A stretch of DNA of 64,000 nucleotides from Pseudomonadota bacterium (GCA_041182225.1 JBEGOC010000206.1:14194-78193), one strand, 5' to 3'; positions 10,057 to 21,240 are shown, counted from the stretch's first letter. Notes: generated by a model not told the origin, from the sequence alone. Program-made: numbers and translations.

Positions 10057-12060
10057 ATGCCTGCAAAACCTGAGTCCCCTGGCGCGCCCGCTGGCTTGAG
10101 CACGGCCGCGCCGACGCGGCACGAGTTGCTGCTGCGCGAGGCCGCCAGCCTGCCCGAGCTGCCTGGCGTGTACCGCTACTTCGACGCCGAGGGTGCGGTG
10201 TTGTACGTGGGCAAGGCCATCAGCCTGCGGCGCCGGGTGGCCAGCTACTTCCAGAAAAACCACGGCGGCACGCGCATTGGGCACATGGTGGGCAAGATCG
10301 CACGCATGGAGACCACGGTGGTGCGCTCCGAGGCCGAGGCCTTGCTGCTGGAAAACAACCTGATCAAGACGCTCAACCCCCGCTACAACATCCTGTTCCG
10401 GGACGACAAGAGCTACCCCTACCTGAAAATATCGGGCTCCGGCGCCGCAAGTGATGCCGGCCAGGCCGGCGCAGCCGCCTTTGCGCGGGTCTCCTACTAC
10501 CGGGGCGCCGTCGAGAAGCGGCACCGGTATTTTGGTCCCTACCCCAGCGCCTGGGCGGTCAAGGAAGCCATTTTGCTGATGCAAAAGGTGTTCCGGCTGC
10601 GCACCTGCGAAGACACGGTGTTCAACAACCGCACCCGGCCTTGCCTGCTGTACCAGATCAAGCGTTGTTCGGCGCCGTGCGTGGGCCATATCTCACCCGC
10701 GGCCTACGCCGAGGACGTGGTCAACGCCGAGCGCTTTTTGCGTGGCGATGCCCAGCAGGTGATGCAAGGCCTGGAGGCGCGCATGATGGCGCATGCCGAG
10801 CGCCTGGAGTTCGAGCAGGCAGCCGAGCTGCGCAACCAGGTGTCGGCGCTGTCGAGCGTGCTGCATCAGCAGTCAGTGGACAACGTCTCGGACCGGGATG
10901 TGGATATTTTGGCCGTGAAGGTGCAGGGCGGCCGGGCCTGCGTCAATCTCGCCATGGTGCGCGGGGGCCGCCATTTGGGCGACCGGCCCTATTTCCCCGT
11001 GCATGTGGAAGAAGCCGTCGGTGTTTCCCATGGCCTGGACGACGATGGCGCGCCGGGCGCGGCCGCCGCCAGCCTGGAGTCGCAGATCATCGAGGCTTTC
11101 CTGGCCCAGCACTACCTGAGTCAGCCGATTCCCGCCTCGCTGATCGTCAGTGACCCGATTGCCCCGGGGCTGGTCAAGGCTTTGTCCAACCAGGCGGGTT
11201 ACCGAATTTCGGCGGTTCACCAGCCGCGGGAGCAGCGGCGGGTCTGGCTGGAGATGGCGCAGACCAATGCCAGCCTGCAATTGGCGCGCCTGTTGGCCGA
11301 GGAGGGGTCACAGCAGGCGCGCAGCCGAGCCCTGGCCGAGGCGCTGGACCTTACGCTGGAGGATCTGGACGCGCTGCGCATCGAGTGTTTCGACATTTCG
11401 CACACCGCGGGCGAGGCAACGCAGGCCTCCTGTGTGGTGTTTCAGCACCACAAGATGCAAAGCGCCGAATACCGCCGCTACCGGATCGACGACATCACGC
11501 CCGGCGACGACTACGCTGCGATGCGTCAGGTACTGCTGCGCCGCTATGCCAAGGTGGCGGAAGCATTGGCCGAGGCTCAGCGCAGCGGCCATCTGCCTGC
11601 TGGTACCGGCCGCCTTCCGCATCTGGTGTTGGTCGATGGCGGCAAGGGCCAGGTGGCGATGGCGCGCGAGGTGTTCGAGGGGCTGGGCCTTGATCTGGGT
11701 TTGATCGTGGGCGTGGAAAAGGGCGAAGGCCGCAAAGTCGGCCTGGAAGAACTGGTGTTTGCCGATGGTCGCGACAAGGTTTACCTGGGCAAGGACTCGG
11801 CGGCGCTGATGCTGGTGGCCCAGATTCGCGACGAAGCCCATCGATTTGCGATCACGGGCATGCGTGCCCAGCGCGCCAAGACCCGGCTTGATGGCGGCCA
11901 GCTGGAAGAAATCCCGGGTGTCGGCGCCAAACGCCGCGCCAAGTTGTTGCAGCGCTTTGGCGGGGTACGCGGCGTGGCCTCGGCCAGCGCTGAAGATATC
12001 GCCACCGTAGACGGCATCTCGCGCGAGCTGGCTGAAAGCATTTATCGGGCCCTGCACTGA
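10057..12060 (+). CDS. uvrC: Excinuclease ABC subunit C
   Basis: [51 protein letters not shown], HhH; start trimmed to ATG 10057. Confidence 0.98.
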   Translation: MPAKPESPGAPAGLSTAAPTRHELLLREAASLPELPGVYRYFDAEGAVLYVGKAISLRRRVASYFQKNHGGTRIGHMVGKIARMETTVVRSEAEALLLENNLIKTLNPRYNILFRDDKSYPYLKISGSGAASDAGQAGAAAFARVSYYRGAVEKRHRYFGPYPSAWAVKEAILLMQKVFRLRTCEDTVFNNRTRPCLLYQIKRCSAPCVGHISPAAYAEDVVNAERFLRGDAQQVMQGLEARMMAHAERLEFEQAAELRNQVSALSSVLHQQSVDNVSDRDVDILAVKVQGGRACVNLAMVRGGRHLGDRPYFPVHVEEAVGVSHGLDDDGAPGAAAASLESQIIEAFLAQHYLSQPIPASLIVSDPIAPGLVKALSNQAGYRISAVHQPREQRRVWLEMAQTNASLQLARLLAEEGSQQARSRALAEALDLTLEDLDALRIECFDISHTAGEATQASCVVFQHHKMQSAEYRRYRIDDITPGDDYAAMRQVLLRRYAKVAEALAEAQRSGHLPAGTGRLPHLVLVDGGKGQVAMAREVFEGLGLDLGLIVGVEKGEGRKVGLEELVFADGRDKVYLGKDSAALMLVAQIRDEAHRFAITGMRAQRAKTRLDGGQLEEIPGVGAKRRAKLLQRFGGVRGVASASAEDIATVDGISRELAESIYRALH

Positions 12061-12087
12061 GCTGGTGCAGCATGCCACAATTGACCC

Positions 12088-12654
12088 ATGTTTTTGACCA
12101 TTCCGACGATCATGACTTGGGCGCGCATCGTCGCGATTCCCTTGATCGTTGGCGTTTTTTACCTGCCGATTGAGCCGGCCAGCCGCAATGTGGTGGCCAC
12201 GGTGATGTTTGTGGTGTTTGCCGCCACCGACTGGCTCGACGGTTACCTGGCGCGCAAGCTCAATCAGGTGTCGTCGTTTGGCGCTTTTCTGGACCCGGTG
12301 GCGGACAAATTTCTGGTCTGCGCCTGTGTGCTGGTACTGGTGCATTTGGGACGGACCGATGTGTTTGTGGCACTGATCATCATTGGGCGGGAAATTGCGA
12401 TCTCGGCGCTGCGCGAGTGGATGGCTCAGATCGGCGCCGCCCGCAGCGTGGCGGTGCACATGATCGGCAAGCTCAAGACCGTGGTGCAAATGGTCGCCAT
12501 CGGCTTCCTGTTGTTTGATGGCATGTTGCTCGGCCTGATCGACACCCATCTGTGGGGTGCCTGGCTGATCTGGATCGCCGCCATCATGACGGTGTGGTCC
12601 ATGGTCTATTACCTGCGCAAAGCGCTCCCTGAAATCAGGGCACGCGCGCGGTGA
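12088..12654 (+). CDS. pgsA: CDP-diacylglycerol--glycerol-3-phosphate 3-phosphatidyltransferase
   Basis: TDWLDGYLARK..FGAFLDPVADK; canonical position after uvrC. Confidence 0.97.
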   Translation: MFLTIPTIMTWARIVAIPLIVGVFYLPIEPASRNVVATVMFVVFAATDWLDGYLARKLNQVSSFGAFLDPVADKFLVCACVLVLVHLGRTDVFVALIIIGREIAISALREWMAQIGAARSVAVHMIGKLKTVVQMVAIGFLLFDGMLLGLIDTHLWGAWLIWIAAIMTVWSMVYYLRKALPEIRARAR

Positions 12655-13568
12655 GCCAAGCGCGCGATGCGGCCCTGATCCGGGCCATGCCGGCGGTGTT
12701 TGTGCTGATCTGGAGCACCGGCTTCATCGTGGCACGCTACGGCATGCCCCATGCGCCGCCAATGAAGTTTCTGGCGGTCCGGTTTGCCCTGTCCATCCTG
12801 TGTTTCCTGCCGTGGATTCTGTTGGCGGGCGTGGCTTGGCCCGGCAAGCGAGCTCAGTGGGGCCATCTGGCCGTCGCCGGGGTGTTGATGCACGCTTGCT
12901 ACCTGGGCGGCGTCTGGTCGGCGATCCGGGCCGGCATGGGCTCCGGCCTCTCGGCGCTGATCGTCGGTTTGCAGCCAGTGCTGACCGCTGTCTGGTTGTC
13001 CGCCACTGGCGGCGTGGTCTCACGCCGCCAATGGCTTGGGCTGAGCCTGGGCTTGGGTGGTTTGGTGTTGGTGGTGTCGGGTAAGTTGGGCGCGGGCGGC
13101 GAGGCCAATGGAGCCAACCTGCTGATGGCCGTGGGGGCCTTGCTGGGCATCACCCTCGGGACCCTTTACCAAAAAAGGTACGTGGCGCCCTGTGATGTGC
13201 GCAGTGCGAATGTCATTCAACTGACAGCCGCGCTGCTGGTGACCCTGCCCTTTGCGGCCTTGGAGCCGGCCGCCATGGACTGGAACGCCGAATTGGGTTG
13301 GGCGATGGGTTGGTCGGTGCTGGTCATGACCTTGGGCGGCAGCTCGCTGCTGTACCTGTTGATCCAGCGTGGCGCGGCCACGTCGGTTACCAGCCTGATG
13401 TACCTGGTGCCGCCGTCGACCGCCTTGATCGCCTACCTGCTGTTTAAGGAATCCATCACCGCGGCGACGGTGCTTGGCACTGTGCTGTCGGCGGTGGGGG
13501 TGGCGCTGGTGGCGCGCCAGGCCCAGACATCGTTGTCACCAGACCTCAGTCCAAAGGATCGTCCATGA
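12651..13568 (+). CDS. DMT/EamA family transporter
   Basis: LIWSTGFI start, ~10 TM helices, two EamA halves; GTGA overlap with pgsA. Confidence 0.9.
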   Translation: MSQARDAALIRAMPAVFVLIWSTGFIVARYGMPHAPPMKFLAVRFALSILCFLPWILLAGVAWPGKRAQWGHLAVAGVLMHACYLGGVWSAIRAGMGSGLSALIVGLQPVLTAVWLSATGGVVSRRQWLGLSLGLGGLVLVVSGKLGAGGEANGANLLMAVGALLGITLGTLYQKRYVAPCDVRSANVIQLTAALLVTLPFAALEPAAMDWNAELGWAMGWSVLVMTLGGSSLLYLLIQRGAATSVTSLMYLVPPSTALIAYLLFKESITAATVLGTVLSAVGVALVARQAQTSLSPDLSPKDRP

Positions 13569-14650
13569 GTAGCCAGAGAATCGCGGTGATTGCCGGTGAC
13601 GGGATCGGCAAGGAGGTCATGCCCGAGGGCTTGCGCGTGCTGGATGCCGCCGCCCGCAAGTTCGGCCTTGACCTGCACTTTGACCACTTCGATTTTTCCA
13701 GCTGGGACTACTACGAGCGGCACGGCAAGATGCTGCCCGACAACTGGAAAGACTTGATTGGCGGCCACGATGCCATCTACTTTGGTGCGGTGGGGTGGCC
13801 TGAAAAGATTGCGGACCATGTCTCCCTGTGGGGCTCCCTGTTGCTGTTTCGCCGTGAGTTTGACCAATATGTCAATTTGCGGCCAGCGCGGCTGATGCCG
13901 GGCATCATTGCGCCGGTGGTTCGGCGCGATGGCAGCCGTCGCGCGCCGGGCGAGATTGACATGTACATCGTGCGGGAAAACACTGAGGGCGAGTACTCCA
14001 GCGTTGGCGGGCGCATGTACCCGGGCACCGAGCGCGAGATTGTGATGCAGGAAACCGTGATGTCGCGCATCGGCGTCGACCGGGTGCTGAAGTTTGCCTT
14101 TGAGCTGGCACAGTCCCGCCCCAAAAAGCACCTGACCAGCGCGACCAAGTCCAACGGTATCGCCATCACCATGCCGTACTGGGACGAACGGGTGGCCGAG
14201 ATGGCCCGCCACTACCCGGATGTGCGGGTGGACAAGTTTCACATCGACATCCTGACGGCGCATTTTGTCCAGCGGCCAGATTTTTTTGACGTGGTGGTGG
14301 CCAGCAACCTGTTTGGCGACATCCTTAGCGACCTGGGCCCCGCCTGCACAGGCACCATCGGCATCGCCCCCAGCGCCAATTTGAACCCCCAGCGCCTGTT
14401 CCCCTCGCTGTTCGAGCCGGTGCACGGCTCGGCACCCGACATTGCGGGCCAAGGCATTGCCAACCCGATCGGGCAGATCTGGTGCGGTGCGCTGATGCTC
14501 GATTTTTTGGGGCACCGAGCTGCCCACGACGCGATTTTGAAAGCCATAGAAGCCGTGCTTGACCCTGCGAGCGGTGCGCCACGTACGCCCGATCTGGGCG
14601 GACAGGCTGGCACGGCAGATGTGGGGCGCGCCATCGCGGCGGCGGTCTGA
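13565..14650 (+). CDS. Tartrate dehydrogenase / D-malate dehydrogenase (decarboxylating)
   Basis: GDGIGKEV, DHVSLWG, TSATKSNGIAITMPYWD, NLFGDILSDL, EPVHGSAPDIAG. Confidence 0.92.
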   Translation: MSSQRIAVIAGDGIGKEVMPEGLRVLDAAARKFGLDLHFDHFDFSSWDYYERHGKMLPDNWKDLIGGHDAIYFGAVGWPEKIADHVSLWGSLLLFRREFDQYVNLRPARLMPGIIAPVVRRDGSRRAPGEIDMYIVRENTEGEYSSVGGRMYPGTEREIVMQETVMSRIGVDRVLKFAFELAQSRPKKHLTSATKSNGIAITMPYWDERVAEMARHYPDVRVDKFHIDILTAHFVQRPDFFDVVVASNLFGDILSDLGPACTGTIGIAPSANLNPQRLFPSLFEPVHGSAPDIAGQGIANPIGQIWCGALMLDFLGHRAAHDAILKAIEAVLDPASGAPRTPDLGGQAGTADVGRAIAAAV

Positions 14651-14728
14651 CCGGCACATGCTCCCGATCATTGGCGGTGGCAAAACCGACTAGAATAAAA
14701 ATGTTGTTTTACCCTTGGGGTTTGTACT

Positions 14729-15001
14729 GTGAATAAAACCGAACTGATTGATCACATCGCCCAGCAGGCAGATATCTCCAAGGCAGCTGCGACGCGCGCC
14801 CTGGAGTCCACGATCAGCGCGGTCAAGGCAACGCTGAAAAGTGGCGGATCAGTCTCCTTGGTCGGGTTTGGCACCTTCGCCGTTGGCAAACGCGCACCCC
14901 GTGTGGGCCGCAACCCGCGCACCGGTGAGGCGATCAAGATCAAATCAGCCAAGGTACCCAAATTTCGCCCAGGCAAGGCGTTGAAAGACGCCCTGAACTG
15001 A
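14729..15001 (+). CDS. hupB: DNA-binding protein HU
   Basis: [32 protein letters not shown]; upstream of ppiD. Confidence 0.95.
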   Translation: MNKTELIDHIAQQADISKAAATRALESTISAVKATLKSGGSVSLVGFGTFAVGKRAPRVGRNPRTGEAIKIKSAKVPKFRPGKALKDALN

Positions 15002-15024
15002 GGTCCTGTCAACTGGTTTCGGTG

Positions 15025-15100
15025 GGGTGCTTAGCTCAGTTGGTAGAGCGGCGCCCTTACAAGGCGTAGGTCGGCGGTTCGAGCCCGTCAGCACCCACCA
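15025..15100 (+). tRNA. tRNA-Val (TAC)
   Basis: GGGTGCT/AGCACCC acceptor stem, anticodon loop CTTACAA, GGTTCGAGCCC T-arm, encoded CCA, 76 nt. Confidence 0.97.
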
Positions 15101-15107
15101 CCCACCC

Positions 15108-15135
15108 AAGGCGAACATGAGGTTCGCCTTTTTTT
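15108..15135 (+). terminator. Intrinsic terminator after tRNA-Val
   Basis: AAGGCGAAC-atgag-GTTCGCCTT followed by T-run. Confidence 0.85.
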
Positions 15136-15159
15136 GTTTTGCTACTGGAGACTGAGCGC

Positions 15160-17097
15160 ATGTTTGATTTTGTCCGCAAGCACACGAAAATCATGATGTT
15201 CGTGATGTTCTTGCTGATCATCCCGTCCTTTGTGCTGTTCGGTATCGACGGCTACAACCGCGCCGGCGATCAGGGCGCGGTGGTCGCGAAGGTCGGCGGC
15301 CATGCCATTACACAGGGCGAGTGGGATGCAGCGCACAAGGCAGAAACTGACCGGCTGCGCGCGTCCATGCCTAACCTGGACCCCAAGCTGTTCGATTCGC
15401 CCCAGGCCCATTACGCCACCCTGGAACGGCTGATCAAGGACCAAGTGCTGACACAGGCCGCTGAAGCCTTGCGATTGACCACGAGTGATGCCCGTTTGGC
15501 CAGAGACCTGCAGGAAAACCCAGCCATCGCCGCGCTGCGCCGCCCCGATGGCTCGCTGGACATGGCCCGTTACAGCCAGCTGGTCGCCAGCCAGGGCCTG
15601 ACGCCCGAAGGCTTTGAGGCACGGGTGCGCCAGGACATCTCGGTGCGCCAGGTGGAAGCCGGCATCACCGCCACCAGTGTTACCGCGGCGGCCATGGCTG
15701 ACCTCGCCCTAAACGCTTTTTTTGAGCGGCGCGAGGTGCAGATCGCTTTCTTCAACACGCCTGAGTTTGCCTCCAAGATCAACCCGACGGATGCAGAGCT
15801 GGACGCCTACTACAAGGCCAATCCGAAGCTGTTCCAGGCGCCCGAAGAGGCCAGCATCGAGTACGTGCTGCTGGACCTGGAAAGCGTCAAGAAGTCCATC
15901 GCCATCAGCGAGGCCGACCTCAAGAGCTACTACGAACAAAATGCCGCCAGATTAAGCGGCAAAGAGGAGCGTCGGGCCAGCCATATTCTGATCAACGCAG
16001 CCAAGGGTCAGCCCGATGCGGATCGTCAAAAAGCCAAAGCCAAAGCTGAAGAACTGCTGCAGCTGGCGCGCAAGGCGCCTGACAGCTTTGCCGACCTTGC
16101 CAAAAAGAACTCACAGGACACCGGCTCTGCTGCCAACGGTGGTGACTTGGACTTTTTTGCACGCGGCGCCATGGTCAAGCCCTTTGAGGATGCGGCTTTT
16201 GCAATGAAGAAGGGGGCTATTTCAGACGTGGTGGAGTCAGATTTTGGCTATCACATCATCAAACTGACCGACGTCAAGACGCCGACGCAACGCAGTTTCG
16301 AGGAACTGCGGGCTGGCATGGAGGCTGACCTCAAGGCCCAGCAGGCCCAGCGAAAGTTTGCTGAAACCGCCGAGCTGTTCACCAATGGCGTCTACGAGCA
16401 GTCGGACAGCCTCAAGCCAGTGGCCGACAAACTGAAGCTGGAGATCAAAACCGCTGACCGGTTGACCCGTTCGGCGGCGACCGGCGCCACGGGTGTCCTG
16501 GCCAGTGCGAAGTTTTTGACCGCCGTCTTTGCGCCCGATGCTGTCGAGAAGAAGCGCAATACCGAGGCGGTGGAAATTGCCCCCAACCAGCTGGCTGCGG
16601 GGCGCATTGTGAAATACACACCGGCGCGTACCTTGCCGTTTGCCGATGTGCGCTCGGTCGTCCGCGAGCGCCTGGTCGCCGCGGGCGCGGCCGATCTGGC
16701 CAAAAAAGAGGGCATCGCGAAACTCGCAGCCTGGAAGTCTGCGCCCGACACCGCTGTATTGCCTGTCGCGGTCACGGTGTCCCGGGACCAATCCCAGAAC
16801 CTGCCACCGGCGCTGCTGAAATCCATTCTGAAAGCAGATGCGGCGACCTTGCCGACCTTCATCGGCGCAGACCTTGGCGACCAGGGTTACGCCGTGATCA
16901 AGCTCAACAAGACCGCCTCGCGGCCCGTGCCCAATGAGGACGGGCTCAAGCAAGACCGCGCCCAGTACGGCCAGTGGTGGACCAGTGCCGAAACCCTGGC
17001 CTATTACAGTGTGCTGAAAGACCGCATCAAGGTCGATGTCCGCGCGCCCAAGCCGTCTACCAACGGGTCTGAGCCGGCCGGGTCTGCCGTCAGGTGA
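15160..17097 (+). CDS. ppiD: Periplasmic chaperone / peptidyl-prolyl isomerase (SurA-N + parvulin)
   Basis: N-terminal TM ([11 protein letters not shown]), [33 protein letters not shown]; GGAG RBS before ATG 15160. Confidence 0.93.
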   Translation: MFDFVRKHTKIMMFVMFLLIIPSFVLFGIDGYNRAGDQGAVVAKVGGHAITQGEWDAAHKAETDRLRASMPNLDPKLFDSPQAHYATLERLIKDQVLTQAAEALRLTTSDARLARDLQENPAIAALRRPDGSLDMARYSQLVASQGLTPEGFEARVRQDISVRQVEAGITATSVTAAAMADLALNAFFERREVQIAFFNTPEFASKINPTDAELDAYYKANPKLFQAPEEASIEYVLLDLESVKKSIAISEADLKSYYEQNAARLSGKEERRASHILINAAKGQPDADRQKAKAKAEELLQLARKAPDSFADLAKKNSQDTGSAANGGDLDFFARGAMVKPFEDAAFAMKKGAISDVVESDFGYHIIKLTDVKTPTQRSFEELRAGMEADLKAQQAQRKFAETAELFTNGVYEQSDSLKPVADKLKLEIKTADRLTRSAATGATGVLASAKFLTAVFAPDAVEKKRNTEAVEIAPNQLAAGRIVKYTPARTLPFADVRSVVRERLVAAGAADLAKKEGIAKLAAWKSAPDTAVLPVAVTVSRDQSQNLPPALLKSILKADAATLPTFIGADLGDQGYAVIKLNKTASRPVPNEDGLKQDRAQYGQWWTSAETLAYYSVLKDRIKVDVRAPKPSTNGSEPAGSAVR

Positions 17098-17153
17098 CCG
17101 AATGACGCCGTCACTTGGCCGGTCGTGCCGATGATGTGTGTCGAGGAAGTGTG

Positions 17154-17181
17154 TCGACGAAGTGAGATCGCACGTTATAAT
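17154..17181 (+). promoter_or_regulatory. Probable sigma70 promoter of tRNA-His
   Basis: Perfect TATAAT at 17176-17181; TCGACG 16 nt upstream. Confidence 0.6.
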
Positions 17182-17192
17182 TTCTGCATTGC

Positions 17193-17269
17193 GGTGGCTG
17201 TAGCTCAGTTGGTAGAGTCCAGGATTGTGATTCCTGTTGTCGTGGGTTCGAGCCCCATCAGCCACCCCA
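17193..17269 (+). tRNA. tRNA-His (GTG), with encoded G-1
   Basis: GTGGCTG/CAGCCAC acceptor stem, anticodon loop TTGTGAT, GGTTCGAGCCC, CCA end. Confidence 0.97.
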
Positions 17270-17280
17270 TCTCGATGCCG

Positions 17281-17315
17281 AAAAGCCTGCTATTTTAACG
17301 ATAGCAGGTTTTTTT
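17281..17315 (+). terminator. Intrinsic terminator after tRNA-His (possibly bidirectional)
   Basis: AAAAGCCTGCTAT-tttaacg-ATAGCAGGTTTTTTT. Confidence 0.88.
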
Positions 17316-17420
17316 ATGGCCGGCTCAAGCTTAGAGGCTTAGAGGCAGACACGACGAGGCGTGCGAGGCAGAGCCGAGGCGGACTTTGACGTAAGTTCCT
17401 GATTGATGGAGGTGACCCGT

Positions 17421-18185
17421 ATGCGCTGGATGCGTTTTGAACACCAGGGCGCCACAGGATTTGGCGTGTTGGAGGGCGACCAGGTTCGCTGTTATCAGGG
17501 TGATATGTTTGGCACGCCTGTAGCCACGCAGATTCAACTGAATGTCGCGGCGCTGACATGGCTTCCGCCCTGCAGGCCAGGCAAGATCATCGGTTTGTGG
17601 AACAACTTTCGAACTGCCGCCGAAAAAAACGGGTGGGCTGAGCCGTTGGAGCCCCTGTATTTTCTCAAGTCGCCAGGCAGCGCGGCGGGGCATTTGAAAG
17701 CGGTTGCCGTACCGGCAAGCTATGGCGGCAGGGTGGTGTACGAGGGTGAACTCGTGGTGGTGATTGGCAAGACCGCACGGGCAGTGGCCGTGCAGGATGC
17801 AGCCACGCATATTTTTGGATACACCTGCGGGAACGACTTCACGGCGCTTGAACTGCTCCACCGTGATGCCTCCTTCGCGCAATGGACCCGGGCCAAAAGT
17901 TTTGACGGTTTTGCGGCTTTCGGTCCGACCATCGAGACCGAGTTCAATCCTGCCAGTTGCCATTTGCGTACCTTGGTGGGTGGGCGCGAGCGGCAGAACT
18001 ATGCGTTGTCCGACATGTTTTTCAGCCCACTGGAACTGGTTTCCCGGATTTCGCATGACCTCACGCTCGAACCCGGCGACCTGATTTATTGCGGCACGTC
18101 GCTGGGCGTGCTACCCCTGAAGCCTGGGACCACCGTCGATGTGGTGGTCGATGGCTTGGGAACCCTGTCCAACCTCTACGGCTGA
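17421..18185 (+). CDS. Fumarylacetoacetate hydrolase family protein
   Basis: YEGELVVVIGK, GYTCGND, RAKSFDGF, TLEPGDLI.CGT; GGAGG RBS before ATG 17421. Confidence 0.92.
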   Translation: MRWMRFEHQGATGFGVLEGDQVRCYQGDMFGTPVATQIQLNVAALTWLPPCRPGKIIGLWNNFRTAAEKNGWAEPLEPLYFLKSPGSAAGHLKAVAVPASYGGRVVYEGELVVVIGKTARAVAVQDAATHIFGYTCGNDFTALELLHRDASFAQWTRAKSFDGFAAFGPTIETEFNPASCHLRTLVGGRERQNYALSDMFFSPLELVSRISHDLTLEPGDLIYCGTSLGVLPLKPGTTVDVVVDGLGTLSNLYG

Positions 18186-18189
18186 GCGC

Positions 18190-19197
18190 TTAGCTGGCGT
18201 TGATCTGCAGCCTGCCCCTGTGGCGCGCCAGTGTGTGGGCCAGCAGCCGGGTTGCCGCATAGATGGCGTTAATCGTGGGTGTGGCGGTTTGGGTCATGCG
18301 GGCTAATTCGACGACAGAACCTAGCAGTGCGTCCAACTCAAGAGCGCGACCGTGCTCGATGTCTTGCAGCATGGACGTTTTGTGCGCACCCACCGCCTGG
18401 GCCCCGGCGATGCGTTTCTCAAGCGAGATCTTGAACACCACCCCGAGTTTTTCCGCCACGGTTTGCGCCTCGGCCATCATGTTGGCGGCCAGCAAGCGGG
18501 AAGGCCCAAAGGAGCAAATATCTTCCAGGGTGGCATGGGTCAGCGCGGAGATTGGATTGAAGCTCAAATTGCCCCAAAGCTTGAGCCATATCTCGCTGCG
18601 GATATCCCGGGATATCGGCGCCTTGAACCCTGCGCGCATCAGGGCCTGAGCCAGTACCTCGATCCGCTCACTTCGATTGCCATCGAGCTCGCCTAGGGTA
18701 AATCGGTTCCCTTCAATGATGCGCACCACCCCTGGGGTCACAAGCTCAGCCGCCGGGTACACCACACTGCCAATGACGCGCTCGCTGCCAATGCAGCTTG
18801 CGATGCGCCCGCCCGGATCGACACTCTCCAGCCCGCGGCCTTGGTGCTCACCCGGCAGCCCTTGGAAATACCACCATGGAATACCATTGATCATGGTGAC
18901 CAGCATGGTGTTCGGCCCCAAGAGCTTTTGGAGGTCGGGCAGCAGATCGCCGACCTGGTGGGCTTTGACGGTCAGCAGAACTGCGTCCTGCTGGCCGGCA
19001 TCGGCCATGTTCTGCACTGCGCGAACACCGGTCGCGTGTTCTTCGCTACCGTCCTCCAAGATCAGTCTAAACCCATTTTTTTCAATGGCGGCAAGGTTCT
19101 GGTTGCGCGCGATAAAGGTCACCTCTTCACCAGCATTGGCCAGTTTGGCGCCGAGGTAGCCTCCGATCGCTCCGGCTCCGACCACTGCGATTTTCAT
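18190..19197 (-). CDS. Ketopantoate reductase family protein (PanE2-type, putative oxalyl-CoA reductase)
   Basis: GAGAIGG, NGIPWWYF, WLKLWGNLSFNP, HKTSMLQD; co-operonic with oxalate-CoA ligase-like gene (function is inference). Confidence 0.8.
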   Translation of the reverse strand: MKIAVVGAGAIGGYLGAKLANAGEEVTFIARNQNLAAIEKNGFRLILEDGSEEHATGVRAVQNMADAGQQDAVLLTVKAHQVGDLLPDLQKLLGPNTMLVTMINGIPWWYFQGLPGEHQGRGLESVDPGGRIASCIGSERVIGSVVYPAAELVTPGVVRIIEGNRFTLGELDGNRSERIEVLAQALMRAGFKAPISRDIRSEIWLKLWGNLSFNPISALTHATLEDICSFGPSRLLAANMMAEAQTVAEKLGVVFKISLEKRIAGAQAVGAHKTSMLQDIEHGRALELDALLGSVVELARMTQTATPTINAIYAATRLLAHTLARHRGRLQINAS

Positions 19198-19211
19198 GTC
19201 AAGACCTTGCT

Positions 19212-20714
19212 TCAGCCTGCCTTGCGCTTGGCCGAGTTGCCTTTGAACAACGCCAGAAGCGGCCAGAGCAGCATGATGACAGCCAGACCGGATATGGAAC
19301 CGACCAGCGGGTTAGACCAGAAAATTGACACTGACCCCTGCGACAGCAACATCGACTGCCTGAAACTCGCTTCGGCCATATCGCCCAGCACCAGGGCGAG
19401 CACCAAAGGCGCCATTGGGTACCTCAGCTTTTTGAAGAGGTAGCCCACCACGCCGAAAACCAGCATCATGACGACATCAAACATGGAACTGTGCACGGTG
19501 TAGGCGCCAACCGCACAAATCACCACGATCACCGGGGCAATGACGGAGAAGGGAATCCGCAAAAATGCCGCCCAGAATGGCACAGTGGTCAAAACGACCA
19601 CCAGCCCGACCAGATTGCCGATGTACATCGAAGCAATCAGGCCCCACACAAAGTCCTTGTGCTCAACAAAGAGCATGGGCCCTGGTTGCAGGCCCCAGAT
19701 CATCAATCCGCCCAACAACACTGCCGCCGTTGGCGACCCCGGGATGCCCAGGGTCAGCATGGGTAGCAAGGCCGAGGTGCCTGCAGCATGGGCCGCCGTC
19801 TCGGGTGCCAATACGCCCTCAATCTGGCCCTTGCCAAATGAGTCAGGCTCTTTCGACATGCGCCGGGCAATGCCATAGCTCATGAAAGACGCCGGTGTGG
19901 CCCCGCCAGGCGTGATCCCCATCCAGCAACCGACTGCCGTGGACCGCAGGAAAGTCATCCAGTAACGCGGAAGCTGTTTCCAGGTTTGCAGCACAACACG
20001 CAAGTTGAGCTTGGCGCTCTTGCCCTTGAAGGCCAGGCCCTCTTCGATGGTCAGCAGGATCTCGCCGATGCCAAACAGCCCGATCACGGCAATCAGGAAG
20101 TCGAAGCCCTTGAGCAACTCCGGATAGCCATAGGTCATGCGCAGTTGCCCCGTCACCGTGTCCATGCCAACCGCCGCCAGGGCAAAGCCCAGCGTCATGG
20201 CGGCAATCACCTTGGCAGGCGGCTCCTTGCTCATGCCGACGAAACTGCAAAAGGTCAGCAACTGCACCGCGAAGTACTCTGCCGGACCAAAACGCAGTGC
20301 AAATTTGGCAAGGAGTGGCGCCAGAAAGGTGATCAGCCCGACAGCAAACAGCGCTCCCACAAAGGAGGAGGTAAATGCCGCGGTCAGGGCCTGCGCCGCG
20401 CGACCTTGTTGCGCCATGGGGTAGCCGTCAAAGGTGGTCGCCACCGACCAGGGCTCTCCGGGGATGTTGAACAGAATCGACGTGATCGCCCCGCCAAACA
20501 GTGCGCCCCAGTAAATGCAGGACAGCATGATGACTGCAGAAGTCGGGTTCATCGAGAAGGTCAGCGGCAACAGGATGGCAATGCCGTTGGCGCCGCCGAG
20601 TCCCGGCAAGACACCGATCAATATGCCCAGGGTGATGCCAACCAACATATAAACCAGGTTGGGCAGCGTCATGGCAACGCTGAAACCTTGCATCAGGTTG
20701 TTGATTTCGTCCAT
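19212..20714 (-). CDS. tctA: Tripartite tricarboxylate transporter large permease
   Basis: GVLPGLGG, ILFNIPGE, TFDGYPMA, LGIPGSPT. Confidence 0.95.
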   Translation of the reverse strand: MDEINNLMQGFSVAMTLPNLVYMLVGITLGILIGVLPGLGGANGIAILLPLTFSMNPTSAVIMLSCIYWGALFGGAITSILFNIPGEPWSVATTFDGYPMAQQGRAAQALTAAFTSSFVGALFAVGLITFLAPLLAKFALRFGPAEYFAVQLLTFCSFVGMSKEPPAKVIAAMTLGFALAAVGMDTVTGQLRMTYGYPELLKGFDFLIAVIGLFGIGEILLTIEEGLAFKGKSAKLNLRVVLQTWKQLPRYWMTFLRSTAVGCWMGITPGGATPASFMSYGIARRMSKEPDSFGKGQIEGVLAPETAAHAAGTSALLPMLTLGIPGSPTAAVLLGGLMIWGLQPGPMLFVEHKDFVWGLIASMYIGNLVGLVVVLTTVPFWAAFLRIPFSVIAPVIVVICAVGAYTVHSSMFDVVMMLVFGVVGYLFKKLRYPMAPLVLALVLGDMAEASFRQSMLLSQGSVSIFWSNPLVGSISGLAVIMLLWPLLALFKGNSAKRKAG

Positions 20715-21232
20715 CAGAAGCCCAGTAAGTTTTCAATAGGGCCCTTTGGCAATGGCACCAAGAACCAGCGTTCAAACACCAGAAAGAACGCCAGGGGCAC
20801 AGCAAGGGACAGGCCGACCACCGGCAGCCAGCCAAACTTGCCGTAGCGACGCATGAAGTACCCGATCAGCAGTGCTGAGGGGAGGTAGATGCCCAGCCAC
20901 ACCATTGCCAGGACATAAACCGTCATGGGCACCAGCATCGCCGACACCGATGACAGTTGCGTCAGGTCGGCAAATGATGTGGTGTTGGTGCGCCATGTCA
21001 GCAGGGTGGACACGAAGATTGTGCCGCTTGCGGCCAGCAGTAGCAGGCCGATTAAGAACGGAAAATAGCCGGAGCGCGGGCCGTCGTCGGCCCACCCGAT
21101 CCCGACGCGCAGGCTGTCCTTGATGACCATGGCCGCCAGCCCCATCAGCAGGGCAGCCACTGCCAGTTCCGGGCCGCGTTGTTTCAAAGCGGGTTCGTCG
21201 CTGTCGCCTGCAGGCTGGGGTTGCTCACTCAT
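20714..21232 (-). CDS. tctB: Tripartite tricarboxylate transporter small permease
   Basis: GPRSGYFPF, 4 TMs, VPLPKG; between tctC and tctA. Confidence 0.92.
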   Translation of the reverse strand: MSEQPQPAGDSDEPALKQRGPELAVAALLMGLAAMVIKDSLRVGIGWADDGPRSGYFPFLIGLLLLAASGTIFVSTLLTWRTNTTSFADLTQLSSVSAMLVPMTVYVLAMVWLGIYLPSALLIGYFMRRYGKFGWLPVVGLSLAVPLAFFLVFERWFLVPLPKGPIENLLGF

Positions 21233-21240
21233 GGCGCAAC

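Noticed and set aside
9343-10689. Long N-terminal extensions of earP (to 10689) and uvrC (from 9343) implying a large overlap
   Set aside because: Family motifs begin only at 10029 and 10057; the extensions are antisense shadows of each other
17270-17420. Integrase or att site after tRNA-His; short CTTAGAGG x2 repeat
   Set aside because: No recombinase ORF or tRNA-end duplication seen; repeat too short to be significant
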